A DNA stretch of 48,952 nt from an uncultured virus (IMG/VR IMGVR_UViG_3300005259_000041) (Duplodnaviria; Heunggongvirae; Uroviricota; Caudoviricetes). This document shows, in pieces, positions 19,573 to 29,275 of this stretch. The DNA is taken from IMG/VR virus record IMGVR_UViG_3300005259_000041, one strand, 5' to 3'. Numbering within the stretch: the stretch's first letter is position 1; each line of letters opens with the position of its first letter. Under the pieces are notes generated by a model. It did no database searches, was not told the origin of the DNA, and was given only the letters and a program-made list of their open reading frames with translations. The translations under genes were made by a program, and so were the position numbers.

Positions 19573-19820
19573 AGCACGCTTGGAAGCTTCCATTAGAAGT
19601 AAATTTCGATTTAACTCAGCCCCTAGCGATATATAAGCCTAGTGATTTGGCTTTACTCCAGCAGCTAGCGGAGCAGTTGCCTAGTGTTATTTTGGATTGG
19701 ATAGAAGAAGACAAGGTTGGGGCAGAGATGAAAGTCTTCTTTGTGTCGGCAATTATGCATTCTGATCGAATGAACCTGCCTCCGCTCCAAGAAAGAATGA
19801 GGTCTTTGGATTTAATATGA
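19569..19820 (+). CDS. Hypothetical protein
   Basis: ATGA-coupled ORF. Confidence 0.6.
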   Translation: MKHAWKLPLEVNFDLTQPLAIYKPSDLALLQQLAEQLPSVILDWIEEDKVGAEMKVFFVSAIMHSDRMNLPPLQERMRSLDLI

Positions 19821-20155
19821 TTAAGAGAAATGTTAGGGCGGCGATTCAAAGAATAGAAGCTGCCATTCCAGATGTTGAGAAAATTAAACGCGCTATTGCT
19901 GTGTTTGCTGGCAAGGGTATGGAGTGCCGCTTGTGGCCGCGCTTCAGTTCTGTGCACCAGGAACGGGTTGACTTCTGCAATAACTGCCCCATGCGTTTAG
20001 GGAGGAATAAAAATCCTGCGTGCGGATTCTCCCTTCACTTTCAAAGCTCTCACAAAAAATGGAGCGATGGAGAGCTTGTTTTGCACACAATAGAGCTTCT
20101 TTCCTATATGAAAGCGAGACTGGGAAATGACGAAATATCTTCAAAGGATTATTAA
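19817..20155 (+). CDS. Cys4-family protein
   Basis: C...FCNNCPM...C; DGELVLHTIELLSY. Confidence 0.7.
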   Translation: MIKRNVRAAIQRIEAAIPDVEKIKRAIAVFAGKGMECRLWPRFSSVHQERVDFCNNCPMRLGRNKNPACGFSLHFQSSHKKWSDGELVLHTIELLSYMKARLGNDEISSKDY

Positions 20156-20462
20156 TTTACGTAAATCTGGTGAATTAAACGTTGAAGCGTTCGATAGCGT
20201 TTATGAGCAAGCTTCTCAAGAGGATAAGAAGAAACAACCATTCGCATCTTTGTTAATGGGCTGCAATCAACGGTGTAGTGAATGCGTGTTTTATTCACTA
20301 GATGAAATGAAGAGGAGCCCCTGCATAGTCGGGGAGTTGGCTTTCTCCCTTAAAGAGATGAAGGCATACGACGATGAGGGTCAAGCCTTTAGGTGTTTAA
20401 AACTTATCCAATTCCAAGCTGCCTTGGAGATATATGAATCCAATAACTCGTTCAGGCGCTGA
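20127..20462 (+). CDS. Cys4-family protein
   Basis: CNQRCSEC...PC; CLKLIQFQAALE. Confidence 0.65.
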   Translation: MTKYLQRIINLRKSGELNVEAFDSVYEQASQEDKKKQPFASLLMGCNQRCSECVFYSLDEMKRSPCIVGELAFSLKEMKAYDDEGQAFRCLKLIQFQAALEIYESNNSFRR

Positions 20463-20859
20463 AACAACTCAGGATCGAATAGATCGACTTAGAGAAAAGG
20501 GAATTGCCAAAGACGCCCTCCTTGTCGCGTATAGGGCTATAGAAGTGCTTAAGTCTGATCCGACGGTCGCCAATGCCATAGCGCTTACCTACGCCCTGTA
20601 TCCCAATTATCGTAAATATAGTGGTCAATACGAGTCTGGTTGTGCTATATTGCATGCCCACGGAGCAGAGAAGTGGAGCTGTAATAAGTGTAGGTGGTCG
20701 CACAACAGACAGTGCGACTTATTGTCCTTGGTTAGTATTAGCTCTACCCCATCTGGGTGTGAGGACATGTTGGGGCGAATTTTGATGGCTGCTATTGAGA
20801 TGCAAGTAATATTTAGAATTCATCCCGCGTTTGCTTGGGCATTTATGGGAATGCCTTGA
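20434..20859 (+). CDS. Cys4-family protein
   Basis: GC...CNKCRW...C; RILMAAIEMQV. Confidence 0.65.
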   Translation: MNPITRSGAETTQDRIDRLREKGIAKDALLVAYRAIEVLKSDPTVANAIALTYALYPNYRKYSGQYESGCAILHAHGAEKWSCNKCRWSHNRQCDLLSLVSISSTPSGCEDMLGRILMAAIEMQVIFRIHPAFAWAFMGMP

Positions 20860-20888
20860 CTTTAATAAATTTTATATTATATTGTTGT

Positions 20889-21057
20889 CTGGGAGGTTAG
20901 GCGTTTTGACCAATAGCAAAATCTGCCCATCTATATGCTATTGCAACGTTAATGAGATCGGCTCCTATATTGGGCGAGGCTCTAAGCACTGCCTCAATAC
21001 GTGGCATTCAGCTGGGGCGCTAATATAAATTATATTGTATAAAGTCCTACCTCTCGG
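20889..21057 (+). ncRNA. Candidate ~170-nt structured small RNA
   Basis: Promoter-like 20856-20883 upstream, terminator 21067-21090 downstream, 5' CTGGGAGGTTAGG pairs with 3' CCTACCTCTCGG, internal hairpins. Confidence 0.5.
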
Positions 21058-21066
21058 GTAACAAAA

Positions 21067-21090
21067 AAGAGGGCCGTTTCCGGCCCTCTT
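21067..21090. terminator. Bidirectional intrinsic terminator
   Basis: AAGAGGGCCG-TTTC-CGGCCCTCTT with A and T tracts on both sides. Confidence 0.8.
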
Positions 21091-21110
21091 ATTTTGTTCT
21101 CTAGGCTTAT

Positions 21111-21740
21111 TTATTTGCCTAGAATATTTACTCTCTTTTTTTGTTTCAATGCAGGCACAATAATTTCAAGCATACCATTCTCTTTAAATTCAGCCTTGCT
21201 GTTCTCTACATCAAATGGCCCGTTCATACCGATTTCAACTCTGTTTTTGCCTTGTGGAATTTCGTTGAGAATTGGGAGAGATTTCTTTTCTGCTTTTTCT
21301 TCCTGACTTACTGGCTCCGGTTTAAGTTCAATGGTAATTTTAGACCCCTCCATGTAAACTACAATATCATCTTTATCCACGCCTGGCACAGCTACTAAAA
21401 TACGAATAGACTCTAATGTGCCATCTTCAGGGGAGCTGTCCCTCAGAATGCGCAGCTTAGGATAAGTTCCATGTACCCAAATCTTGCCATCATCGTTATT
21501 AAACTCTCGATAGCTTATGTCGTCAGATTCAGTGCGGTAATTGTTACGGGCTGACGCAGCTACCACGTTGCTTGTGGTGGCGGGACCAGCCAACATCTTA
21601 TTGCCACGGAAAGGTTCCCAATAAATCGGGGCGAACTCTGTGCCAAACCGCTGGTCAATTGCAGTTAGCATATCGAGTAGCTCGCCATTAAAGATTGTTA
21701 TTGGGGTGGGACCGAAGAAACGGGTGGACTTTGTGCTCAT
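21111..21740 (-). CDS. Small heat-shock protein (Hsp20/alpha-crystallin domain)
   Basis: YPK...VAVPGVDKDDIVVYMEGSKITI...AEFKENGMLEIIVP. Confidence 0.85.
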   Translation of the reverse strand: MSTKSTRFFGPTPITIFNGELLDMLTAIDQRFGTEFAPIYWEPFRGNKMLAGPATTSNVVAASARNNYRTESDDISYREFNNDDGKIWVHGTYPKLRILRDSSPEDGTLESIRILVAVPGVDKDDIVVYMEGSKITIELKPEPVSQEEKAEKKSLPILNEIPQGKNRVEIGMNGPFDVENSKAEFKENGMLEIIVPALKQKKRVNILGK

Positions 21741-21846
21741 TTTGATACCTCCTACCTTCAGTAAGGTTTTTGCGTCCCCGCTAAGGTAACGCTGTCGTCA
21801 GCCTTTGGCTTGACGACACCACACGTGTGTAGGGATACCAAAAATA

Positions 21847-22557
21847 TTAATAGGCGTTGTAAGTGGTTGTGGCGCCTGAGCTTAGATTGTCCAAGTCAAT
21901 TAAGACGGCGTGGATAGCAGTCTTAACAACTGTGGCGTTGTGGTGCCTACATTTGTGCTTCTCTAGCATCGCCCCAGCTACGTCGTGAACGTGACCATAA
22001 ACACCGACCTTGGGTTTCATGCTGTGGACGCAGTCGCACAGGGCCTTGCTACCAATTCTCTTTAGCTTCTTGGTAAATCTATCCACAACGTTATCCAAAA
22101 TTCCCATGGGCGGCTGGTGGGCAATGACGACATCTACGCCACTATTTCCAACCAATTTGAAGATGGCGTGTTTAATGTCATCTTCATGGTGTTCTCGGTA
22201 AAGCGTCCAATCGACATGCTGTAACCATGGGTTAAAGAGAACTCTTTTGCCATCCACCTCAACCAGAGTAGGCACATCATATACTTCTATGCCATCGAAG
22301 GATTTTGGCGTGTGGAAATCGTCATTTCCAGGAATCACTCTCACCATATCAAATCCGCCCCGTTTTAACTTAGGCACGATTTCATGTTCCCAAGCCTGTT
22401 GTTGGCTGGGGTCATCCCCGCTGTAACAAAAGCTGGAGTTCGGTAAAATATCCCCGGCGAGCCACAGCTCTTTCGCTTCCAGCAATCTGCCTAGGCGAAT
22501 TAAGTCGTCATATCTCTGGGCGTTTCCATGTATGTCCGCAGCAACTAATACTTTCAT
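21847..22557 (-). CDS. Calcineurin-like metallophosphoesterase
   Basis: DIHGN, AGDI, PGNDD, HQPP, GHVH motifs. Confidence 0.9.
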   Translation of the reverse strand: MKVLVAADIHGNAQRYDDLIRLGRLLEAKELWLAGDILPNSSFCYSGDDPSQQQAWEHEIVPKLKRGGFDMVRVIPGNDDFHTPKSFDGIEVYDVPTLVEVDGKRVLFNPWLQHVDWTLYREHHEDDIKHAIFKLVGNSGVDVVIAHQPPMGILDNVVDRFTKKLKRIGSKALCDCVHSMKPKVGVYGHVHDVAGAMLEKHKCRHHNATVVKTAIHAVLIDLDNLSSGATTTYNAY

Positions 22558-22572
22558 ATAATCCTCCGGTTT

Positions 22573-22631
22573 AATATAACTCTATGTAGGGGGTTTGTCA
22601 AGTTGAAAAATTTGATGATTTATATTATATT
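22573..22631. promoter_or_regulatory. Back-to-back divergent sigma70-type promoters
   Basis: Minus TTGACA-N17-TATATT (22573-22601) and plus TTGAAA-N17-TATATT (22603-22631). Confidence 0.75.
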
Positions 22632-22637
22632 TTAATA

Positions 22638-23255
22638 ATGAGTTTTGTTGATTATTCTGTCTTCGGCCTTGGGCTAGCGACGCTTTTGGGTGTTGGTATT
22701 GGCGTCTCTCTGGTGCGTTGGGCGATTCATTTAAGTGGCAATAAACATAAACGCAAGGCTTATTTAGAGGCCAGCCAAGCTTTTCATAAATTCCGAGACG
22801 AAATAGTCAATATACAAATACCGTTTGCTGAACTGGAACCGCTACGCCAGCACCTTCTCACTGTCGCGCTAAATCATAATTTTTGTGTGTTGACGGAGAG
22901 ATATAGGTTTATGGTAGTCAACGGTTCATTAATTGCTAACCGTTCGCGGGTGGCTACCTGTGGGACTTGCATGGCGTTTCCTGACTGCATGGTGTATCAG
23001 GCTCTTTGTGATCGAGTCCATGCTGTGAGCCATAAGCGGTATAATGAGTTTGTAGACGACTATCGCTTCTCTACTGTACTGAATGCCGTGGAGGGGTCGC
23101 AGATTAATATTCTGCGCGTCGCTCTTAAGTATTTACCAGACCAGCATCTCCTCTTGCTGCTCCTCCAGTTGTCTGCCGCATTTCAAGCTGAAGAGGTGAG
23201 CTTTTGGGACCAAGAAGAGAAAATAGTGCGATGGAAGTTTTTAAAACATAAGTAA
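22638..23255 (+). CDS. TM-anchored Cys4-family-like protein
   Basis: N-terminal TM; FC...CGTC...C; LLLLLLQLSAAFQ helix. Confidence 0.65.
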   Translation: MSFVDYSVFGLGLATLLGVGIGVSLVRWAIHLSGNKHKRKAYLEASQAFHKFRDEIVNIQIPFAELEPLRQHLLTVALNHNFCVLTERYRFMVVNGSLIANRSRVATCGTCMAFPDCMVYQALCDRVHAVSHKRYNEFVDDYRFSTVLNAVEGSQINILRVALKYLPDQHLLLLLLQLSAAFQAEEVSFWDQEEKIVRWKFLKHK

Positions 23256-23257
23256 TA

Positions 23258-23286
23258 TTGATTTTCCTCTCTTTATAAATTATATT
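23258..23286 (+). promoter_or_regulatory. Sigma70-type promoter
   Basis: TTGATT-N17-TATATT. Confidence 0.7.
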
Positions 23287-23301
23287 AACAATAGGAGTAA
23301 C

Positions 23302-23874
23302 ATGGTAGACCCGACTGATGTGACAAAATATGATAGAACCGATGAGGAACTGGAAGAGTTTATTATATTCTCTATCCTGGTGGCAGGGCACAACGCAAAG
23401 AACACTGCAATGGGCCTGGAGCGCTTCCTGGGAGCCTTCAGAGGCACGAGCCCGTTCCAGGTGGTAGAGGGACATGCAAAAGCCGGAACTCTCGCCCTAG
23501 CCCTTCAGAACGCGGGAATCGGATGCCACTCCATTAGGGCAAAATCGCTCCAGTCGCTTTTGGATAGTAGAATTGATTTGAGATCCTGCACCGTAGAGCA
23601 GCTTGAGCAGGTTTCTGGTATAGGGCCGAAGACATCCAGGTTTTTCGTACTACACTCTAGGCCCAATGTTAGGATAGCGGCTCTGGATGTGCACATCTTA
23701 AGATATCTTAAGGGTCTCGGTTACGATGTTCCGACCGTCACCCCCACGGGCAAGAGCTACAAGAGGATTGAGGATGTATTTTTGCAGGAAGCGGACAAGA
23801 GTGGGATGAGCGTGGCTGAGTTTGATTTGTTTATCTGGAATATGAGTACCGCGAAGAGGACTAAAGATGTGTAA
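23302..23874 (+). CDS. HhH-superfamily DNA glycosylase/AP lyase (Ogg2-like)
   Basis: LEQVSGIGPKTSRFF HhH with catalytic Lys, ALDVHILRYL Asp, Y..IE..F, FDLFIW. Confidence 0.8.
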   Translation: MVDPTDVTKYDRTDEELEEFIIFSILVAGHNAKNTAMGLERFLGAFRGTSPFQVVEGHAKAGTLALALQNAGIGCHSIRAKSLQSLLDSRIDLRSCTVEQLEQVSGIGPKTSRFFVLHSRPNVRIAALDVHILRYLKGLGYDVPTVTPTGKSYKRIEDVFLQEADKSGMSVAEFDLFIWNMSTAKRTKDV

Positions 23875-24073
23875 GGCTTTGGATAGACTAATCGAACATC
23901 CTGAACTTCTAGAGGACGACGCGTTAGGGATTGAATTCTGCCGCCCTATGTGCGATGGGTGCTATACGATTATGAATTGGCAATGCGAGTGGATTGATCT
24001 TCCCGCTGCTCAGTTTCTCTTGGTTTGCATTGAGAAGAAAGCAGAGCTAGAAGTTACTTCTTCGGATTCTTAA
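23867..24073 (+). CDS. Minimal Cys4-family protein
   Basis: FCRPMCDGC...C; FLLVCIEKKAELE. Confidence 0.6.
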   Translation: MCKALDRLIEHPELLEDDALGIEFCRPMCDGCYTIMNWQCEWIDLPAAQFLLVCIEKKAELEVTSSDS

Positions 24074-24169
24074 TAACAAAATCAAATGTAAAGTATTCAA
24101 CCGGCACCGTTAGTTTAATGGAGATGGTTATTTTGCCATATTTATAGCAATCCCAAGTGCTGAAGATTG

Positions 24170-24421
24170 TCAAGCCTCGTCACCACCCTCGGTTGTTACT
24201 GTTTCCCAAGACTCATGCTCAAACTTGATTCTACTCAGCGCTCCCCGCGCCTCTCCTAAGTTAAAAAATATCCTTTCATCGTCAACTTCAACAATCACCC
24301 ATTTATCTTCTATCCACCAGCCAATACCCAAAGCCCTGTGTCGTGGGACAAATTTTTGGATGCGGTACCGATATTTACCACTAACTTGTTTTTGCGCTTG
24401 AATTCTATATTGAGTTTCCAT
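24170..24421 (-). CDS. Hypothetical protein
   Basis: 83 aa, YRIQ repeats. Confidence 0.6.
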   Translation of the reverse strand: METQYRIQAQKQVSGKYRYRIQKFVPRHRALGIGWWIEDKWVIVEVDDERIFFNLGEARGALSRIKFEHESWETVTTEGGDEA

Positions 24422-24430
24422 GTCTTTCCC

Positions 24431-24685
24431 CTAGGACACCGCCGGAATATCTACATATTCTACTTTTACGTTTTCTACAGTTAACTTGGTGTCGAGGTTC
24501 TCTGGCATATGGTGTGCTTCTTCCCAAATAACATCTGATAGTGTCTGACTCTTTATCGCTTTCTTAATTCTTTGAATTAAAATCTTCTCTAAGGTCTCCC
24601 AATTTTTAGCAGTCATTTTATCTGTAGTGTCAACCGTCACCTCAACTTTCATTTTAACGTGAAGTGATACATTGCTTTTGCTCAT
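24431..24685 (-). CDS. Hypothetical protein
   Basis: ATGA-coupled ORF. Confidence 0.6.
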   Translation of the reverse strand: MSKSNVSLHVKMKVEVTVDTTDKMTAKNWETLEKILIQRIKKAIKSQTLSDVIWEEAHHMPENLDTKLTVENVKVEYVDIPAVS

Positions 24686-24948
24686 CTTGTACCCCACCTT
24701 CCTTTTCCAGTTTTTTGAGGGTTTCCCATTAACTGTTCCATGCGCTGATCATCGAAGTCGCTTGATTTGGCCTGCATAAGCAATTTCCTTATCTCTTCTG
24801 AGAGATTAGCGATTACTTCACCGGGCACACCTTTGGGGTGGCAACCCTGATGCAAAAACCATTTACGACAGAGTTCCTCAACCGCTTCCTGCACTGCTGT
24901 CTTGCGGTTATTGTCTCTGCCTTCTTTAGTAATCCTGCGCTTATCCAT
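24682..24948 (-). CDS. Hypothetical protein
   Basis: Likely start MDKRR overlapping the upstream stop. Confidence 0.55.
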   Translation of the reverse strand: MDKRRITKEGRDNNRKTAVQEAVEELCRKWFLHQGCHPKGVPGEVIANLSEEIRKLLMQAKSSDFDDQRMEQLMGNPQKTGKGRWGTR

Positions 24949-25390
24949 TCTGTTCCTTCTTTCCGTCTGGCCAGTAATATGGAGCTTCTGGCGAGTCTTG
25001 CCATTCAAATTGGCTGTAATGTTTATTGTCTTTGCGCAACAGGGCTGAGCGATGAGACGAATGTACCCTGTCGTCTGTCCACCACGATGGCGGAGATTTA
25101 TCATAGTCCTTGCGACTAAGGCAATCGGTTAACTCGTTAATATGTTGGGCAATCTTAGTGTTCTTATATCCACGCCTTTCCCATTCAGCCACAATGGCAA
25201 TGGTATAGGCTAGTAGGAAGTGTTCATGCCCTTTCCACATTACCACGGCGGGATGATGGGACCAGCCCGTAGAGAGGCCGAGTAGTGTACGAAGAATCTG
25301 CACGGCTTCAACGCGCTGCTTGCCTAGTCTCTGTCTATCTAGGCACTGGGCAGTAAGTCGCGCATCTGGGTATGGCACAAAGGTTTGCAT
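24941..25390 (-). CDS. Pyrimidine-dimer DNA glycosylase / endonuclease V-like (MSMEG_6728 family)
   Basis: MQTFVPY...LDRQRLGKQRVEAVQI...HPAVVMWKG...HSSHRSALLRKD...YYWP. Confidence 0.88.
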   Translation of the reverse strand: MQTFVPYPDARLTAQCLDRQRLGKQRVEAVQILRTLLGLSTGWSHHPAVVMWKGHEHFLLAYTIAIVAEWERRGYKNTKIAQHINELTDCLSRKDYDKSPPSWWTDDRVHSSHRSALLRKDNKHYSQFEWQDSPEAPYYWPDGKKEQNG

Positions 25391-25404
25391 GGAACTCCTC
25401 AATC

Positions 25405-25433
25405 AATATAATTAATAATAATGAAATAGTCAA
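25405..25433 (-). promoter_or_regulatory. Sigma70-type promoter
   Basis: TTGACT-N17-TATATT on minus strand. Confidence 0.75.
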
Positions 25434-25646
25434 TTCCCATTGAACCACTTTGTAAAATACTCTGCCTTTGATTTATAGAAATACCAGACCCACAAAATGC
25501 TCATCGAGTCTCCTGAAAGGCTTCCATCACGCCTTTCCACCATCCCAACTCTGCATCCCTCCAGACCCAGTACAGGTTTTGTCTCATCCAGAAACTCCAA
25601 AGCTGGCGAGTGCTAAGGGTCTTTGCGGGCATGTGAGTGGGTTTCA

Positions 25647-25940
25647 TCAGAATCCCTCAAATAATTTTTTCAAAGAGATGGCCTCTGAGACTTCAAACGG
25701 CTCACATTCATTGGCAGAGTAGCGTGGACTCATCCATCCAATAACCTTAAAGTACTGGGTGGTTGTGCCGTCCGAAATGGCAACTCTCACTGTCTCGCCC
25801 CTATTACCAACGGGCAATGATCCGATTCCCGTATCATAATAATCGCCTGCCTTGGCTGCAGCTGCCTCAAAATTATCTGCTTCAAATTCAATATAGAAAG
25901 AAGCGTTTTCTCTGTTTGTAATGGTGGCTCTAACTTTCAT
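25647..25940 (-). CDS. Hypothetical protein
   Basis: 97 aa, ATGA-coupled. Confidence 0.6.
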   Translation of the reverse strand: MKVRATITNRENASFYIEFEADNFEAAAAKAGDYYDTGIGSLPVGNRGETVRVAISDGTTTQYFKVIGWMSPRYSANECEPFEVSEAISLKKLFEGF

Positions 25941-26269
25941 TTGACCACCTTGTCTTCCTCGCCCGGCCTGGGTCGTAAAGCCGTGTGTCTCATACTATAG
26001 ACGTGCCAAGTGACATATGTGGATGCCGACCTGGCAGCTTTTTCTGGATTGAGCTGATCCACAAGCCAACTGATAATCGACTCTCTATGAATTATTTTCA
26101 TTTCTTAAACCCCTTTAAGCTGTCGGCTAAGGCATCAGCCCTCTCCATGGCAGCCTGGAACATATCATTCAATTCTTTGCTGTTGCGCATGGCAGCCTTG
26201 ATGGCATCTCTAAATCTCTTATCCTGCTGATATTCCAGCCACCGCCACCAAGTTTTATCTATTGTGATT

Positions 26270-26464
26270 TTAGTAGTAGTCATTACCCTTCGCTGCTTCT
26301 TCCAGTCCGAGCCGCATCTCTTTTCCATTTCTTTGTGCGGCATCAAGCTCTTCTTGCGTCCACATCTTTTGTTTCTTACGTACGGCAATGTCGCGCTTCC
26401 TATTTAGTTCCTCAGTGCTTTGTCTGTCGATAAGCCTCTGATGCAACTCCGGATTCTCGCTCAT
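26270..26464 (-). CDS. Hypothetical protein
   Basis: GGAGG RBS, 64 aa. Confidence 0.55.
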   Translation of the reverse strand: MSENPELHQRLIDRQSTEELNRKRDIAVRKKQKMWTQEELDAAQRNGKEMRLGLEEAAKGNDYY

Positions 26465-26722
26465 TTACCCTCCACCGTATCCTGATTTAAATTCTTTCTC
26501 CCACTCTGTTACGGTTCTCTGAATAACCTTGAACATTCTCCATGTGTGTCTCATGGAGCGACTGTAGTCATATACAAATGTTTGATACATTTCACACTTC
26601 CCATTGTGAATGGGTGGGTCCACTATATAGGATTGGCAGACTACATCTGGGATGGCCACAAACCTATAACAACGATTTTTCACAGAGCAGCCTATGCCCA
26701 GACACATTGTTATATCAGCCAT
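26465..26722 (-). CDS. Cys-rich domain fused to TW motif
   Basis: MADITMCLGIGCSVKNRCYRF...SMRHTWRMF. Confidence 0.65.
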   Translation of the reverse strand: MADITMCLGIGCSVKNRCYRFVAIPDVVCQSYIVDPPIHNGKCEMYQTFVYDYSRSMRHTWRMFKVIQRTVTEWEKEFKSGYGGG

Positions 26723-26850
26723 CGTCTTTCCCAGTTCTCTTTATAATATCAAATTTGCGATTTTTAATATCCACAATCGAAACGCTAATGATGGTCGACA
26801 TTGGAAACTCTGGAATGTACACAAAGCCCTGATACTTGGCCCATGTGTTT

Positions 26851-27057
26851 CTAATGGAAAGACTTGGCATTTTTCACCAGAATGACTAAAATTGTCGGCA
26901 AACATAAAGCTAAGAGCAATCCGCCCAAAACATATGTACCGATGGCATCGTCGCGCTTTGCTCGTGGCCAAGAGAGAAACCTATCGCATAGATACACGGC
27001 AAACGTCGCTCCCATAGAAAATATACTCCAAGCGAGCAAAAATATCAAGTACGTCAT
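26851..27057 (-). CDS. Two-TM small membrane protein
   Basis: Two hydrophobic helices; RBS. Confidence 0.55.
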   Translation of the reverse strand: MTYLIFLLAWSIFSMGATFAVYLCDRFLSWPRAKRDDAIGTYVLGGLLLALCLPTILVILVKNAKSFH

Positions 27058-27076
27058 TTAGTGTCCTTTCTGATAT

Positions 27077-27727
27077 TTAAGTTTCCATTCCGCCAGTGGT
27101 TTCAGTTCCGCTGCTATCTTTGACTCTGGCTAGATTTCCCTTTCCTATGGCGATGAGGGCCACATTAACAAACTCCCATTGCAAATAAGACTCCCAGTTG
27201 CTTTTGCCTCCATTGAGAGTGCTCTTGTACCACACGGCAACGCTGGCTGTGCTTAAGGTCGTAATGCCACCAACATACGTGTATCCAAAATTACACTGCT
27301 GTGCCCAAATTGTGGGGCGGATAATCACACTGGGTTTGTTAGAGGGTAAATTCACAATGGCCGCTCTGTCGGCTAGGGTCAGGGTTTGATATCTACTATC
27401 TTGAGAAGATGGAGCCTCTGATCTTATCCTGCGCCAAATCTCATCAACTCCACTAAGGGTCACGCGAGCGGAGAGTCCCTCCAGGGTTGCCACTATATCC
27501 TCACAGGCAAACCCATTCGCGTTAACCACGATACCGCCAGGGGTTACTTTCTCCACTTCCGTTCTCGCGGGGCCAAGATACTCTGGCGGGACAAAATTAT
27601 CGGGTAGGCCAAGGCTGCGATTCAATGCGACGAGTGGGCTGACTGCTTTATTGCTCTTTTTCTGCTTAATGATGAGTGCCGCAATTACTGCAATTGCGAC
27701 GGCTACAAGAATTAAAGACGCTTCCAT
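27077..27727 (-). CDS. Membrane-anchored hypothetical protein
   Basis: GGAGG RBS before MEASLILVAVAIAVIAALII. Confidence 0.65.
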   Translation of the reverse strand: MEASLILVAVAIAVIAALIIKQKKSNKAVSPLVALNRSLGLPDNFVPPEYLGPARTEVEKVTPGGIVVNANGFACEDIVATLEGLSARVTLSGVDEIWRRIRSEAPSSQDSRYQTLTLADRAAIVNLPSNKPSVIIRPTIWAQQCNFGYTYVGGITTLSTASVAVWYKSTLNGGKSNWESYLQWEFVNVALIAIGKGNLARVKDSSGTETTGGMET

Positions 27728-29275
27728 GATAACCTCCAATGTGGAGTGGTGCTCCACTATCAACTATGATTAACGATTAATACAGCGCCTTAGCCATTGA
27801 TACTTTCGCCAAGTCGATTCCACCCTAGCGCTATGTCGTTTGAGTTGGCGTTCCTCATATATGTCATACAATATAGCCACTGAGCCCAAAATCATAGCGA
27901 CAAGAGCTGGAACAAATACCATCATTTGTAGAGGTCACTTATCTTGACGCAATGGCGCCCAGTCTTTTGCCTAATAGAGGCCGCTTTATACCTCCACCAA
28001 GTGGTAGTCATACTGGGAGATTGGCCTTCAAATATTGTTCCAGTTACAGTTGCAAGGGCCCATTTAATCCACTGAAGTCTTTTGCGGCACAAATCTTTCA
28101 TGGCTGTGCTATTCTCCATAAATTTGTTCTATCCGGGTTCGGTATTGTTGCCATAATGAGTTCATGGTCCAATTCCTTTTGATTGTATGCCGTGCGTTCC
28201 ACAAAGGGCTGATTTTCATTAAACCGTCTTTGATTCCTTCATCGTACCACGCACTAAAACTTAGGGGAGATATTTTCATTTTACACTCGTATCCATCTTC
28301 TGGAGCGCTTATGTCTCACGTAATAACAACGCCAGGTCCAAATTATGAATCTCGTTGCACGGCGTTCTTTCCTGTTTTGGTATGACCCCACACAGAAGAT
28401 GGCGAAATAGAATAATATTATCGCCCCAAGTATAACTATCATTTTTTCCTCAATTTCCAAACGTGATGCATGGGCTGAGAGGAATCCATCCGAATGGAAC
28501 GATAGCTTTTCCAATATTTCCAATTAAACTGAACGGTCACTGGCCAGCCCCAACCGGGTGGCATCTGTATTCTATACCAAGAGGCAAATGACATCATGGC
28601 TTTTTCTCCGTGTTTAAACGAACTCGCCATAATACTTCCACCCCTTTTAGGAATGCGTATTCAGCCCAGGTTAGTCTAATATTTCCAGTTCGCCCAAAGT
28701 CATTCACAACTTCCCATTGTCCACGTCCTGCGTATGTGACTTTCCAGTCTTCCATTTCTATCTATCCTTACCGAGCCGCTTTTGATAGTAGCACCAGAGC
28801 CACCAAGTGGTCCGAGGCACGTCACCGTTCCCGGTATACGTTCCTTCAAGCTCTTCAAGCACCCATCCGCCCGTCTCTGAAGCAGCAACTAGCGACCTCA
28901 CCCATTGGCTGAAAGTGATTACGTTGCTCATAAATCATACTCTCCCTGCTTTGCTCTTTTCAGGCTAGTTTGCATTCTCCATAACATCCAATTGTCGGCA
29001 ATAACAACAATGGGATCATCGTCTTCCTTGCCATAGTGTTCTAGCTGTCGACGAATCCAATCGGCGTATTGTAACTCTTTATCTTTCATGGCGTCCCGTC
29101 TGCCAAACACGGTCATAGTCCTCTATGAAGACCTGATACATTGCTCCCTTTTCTTCCACCCACTTACCATAATAAGCCCACAATCTCCAAGTGGACCAAG
29201 GCGTATCATCATGGGCAAAGTCAAAACGGCCTTTGGAATCAACCGTCATTATCCATTTTGACCATTCTACAAATG

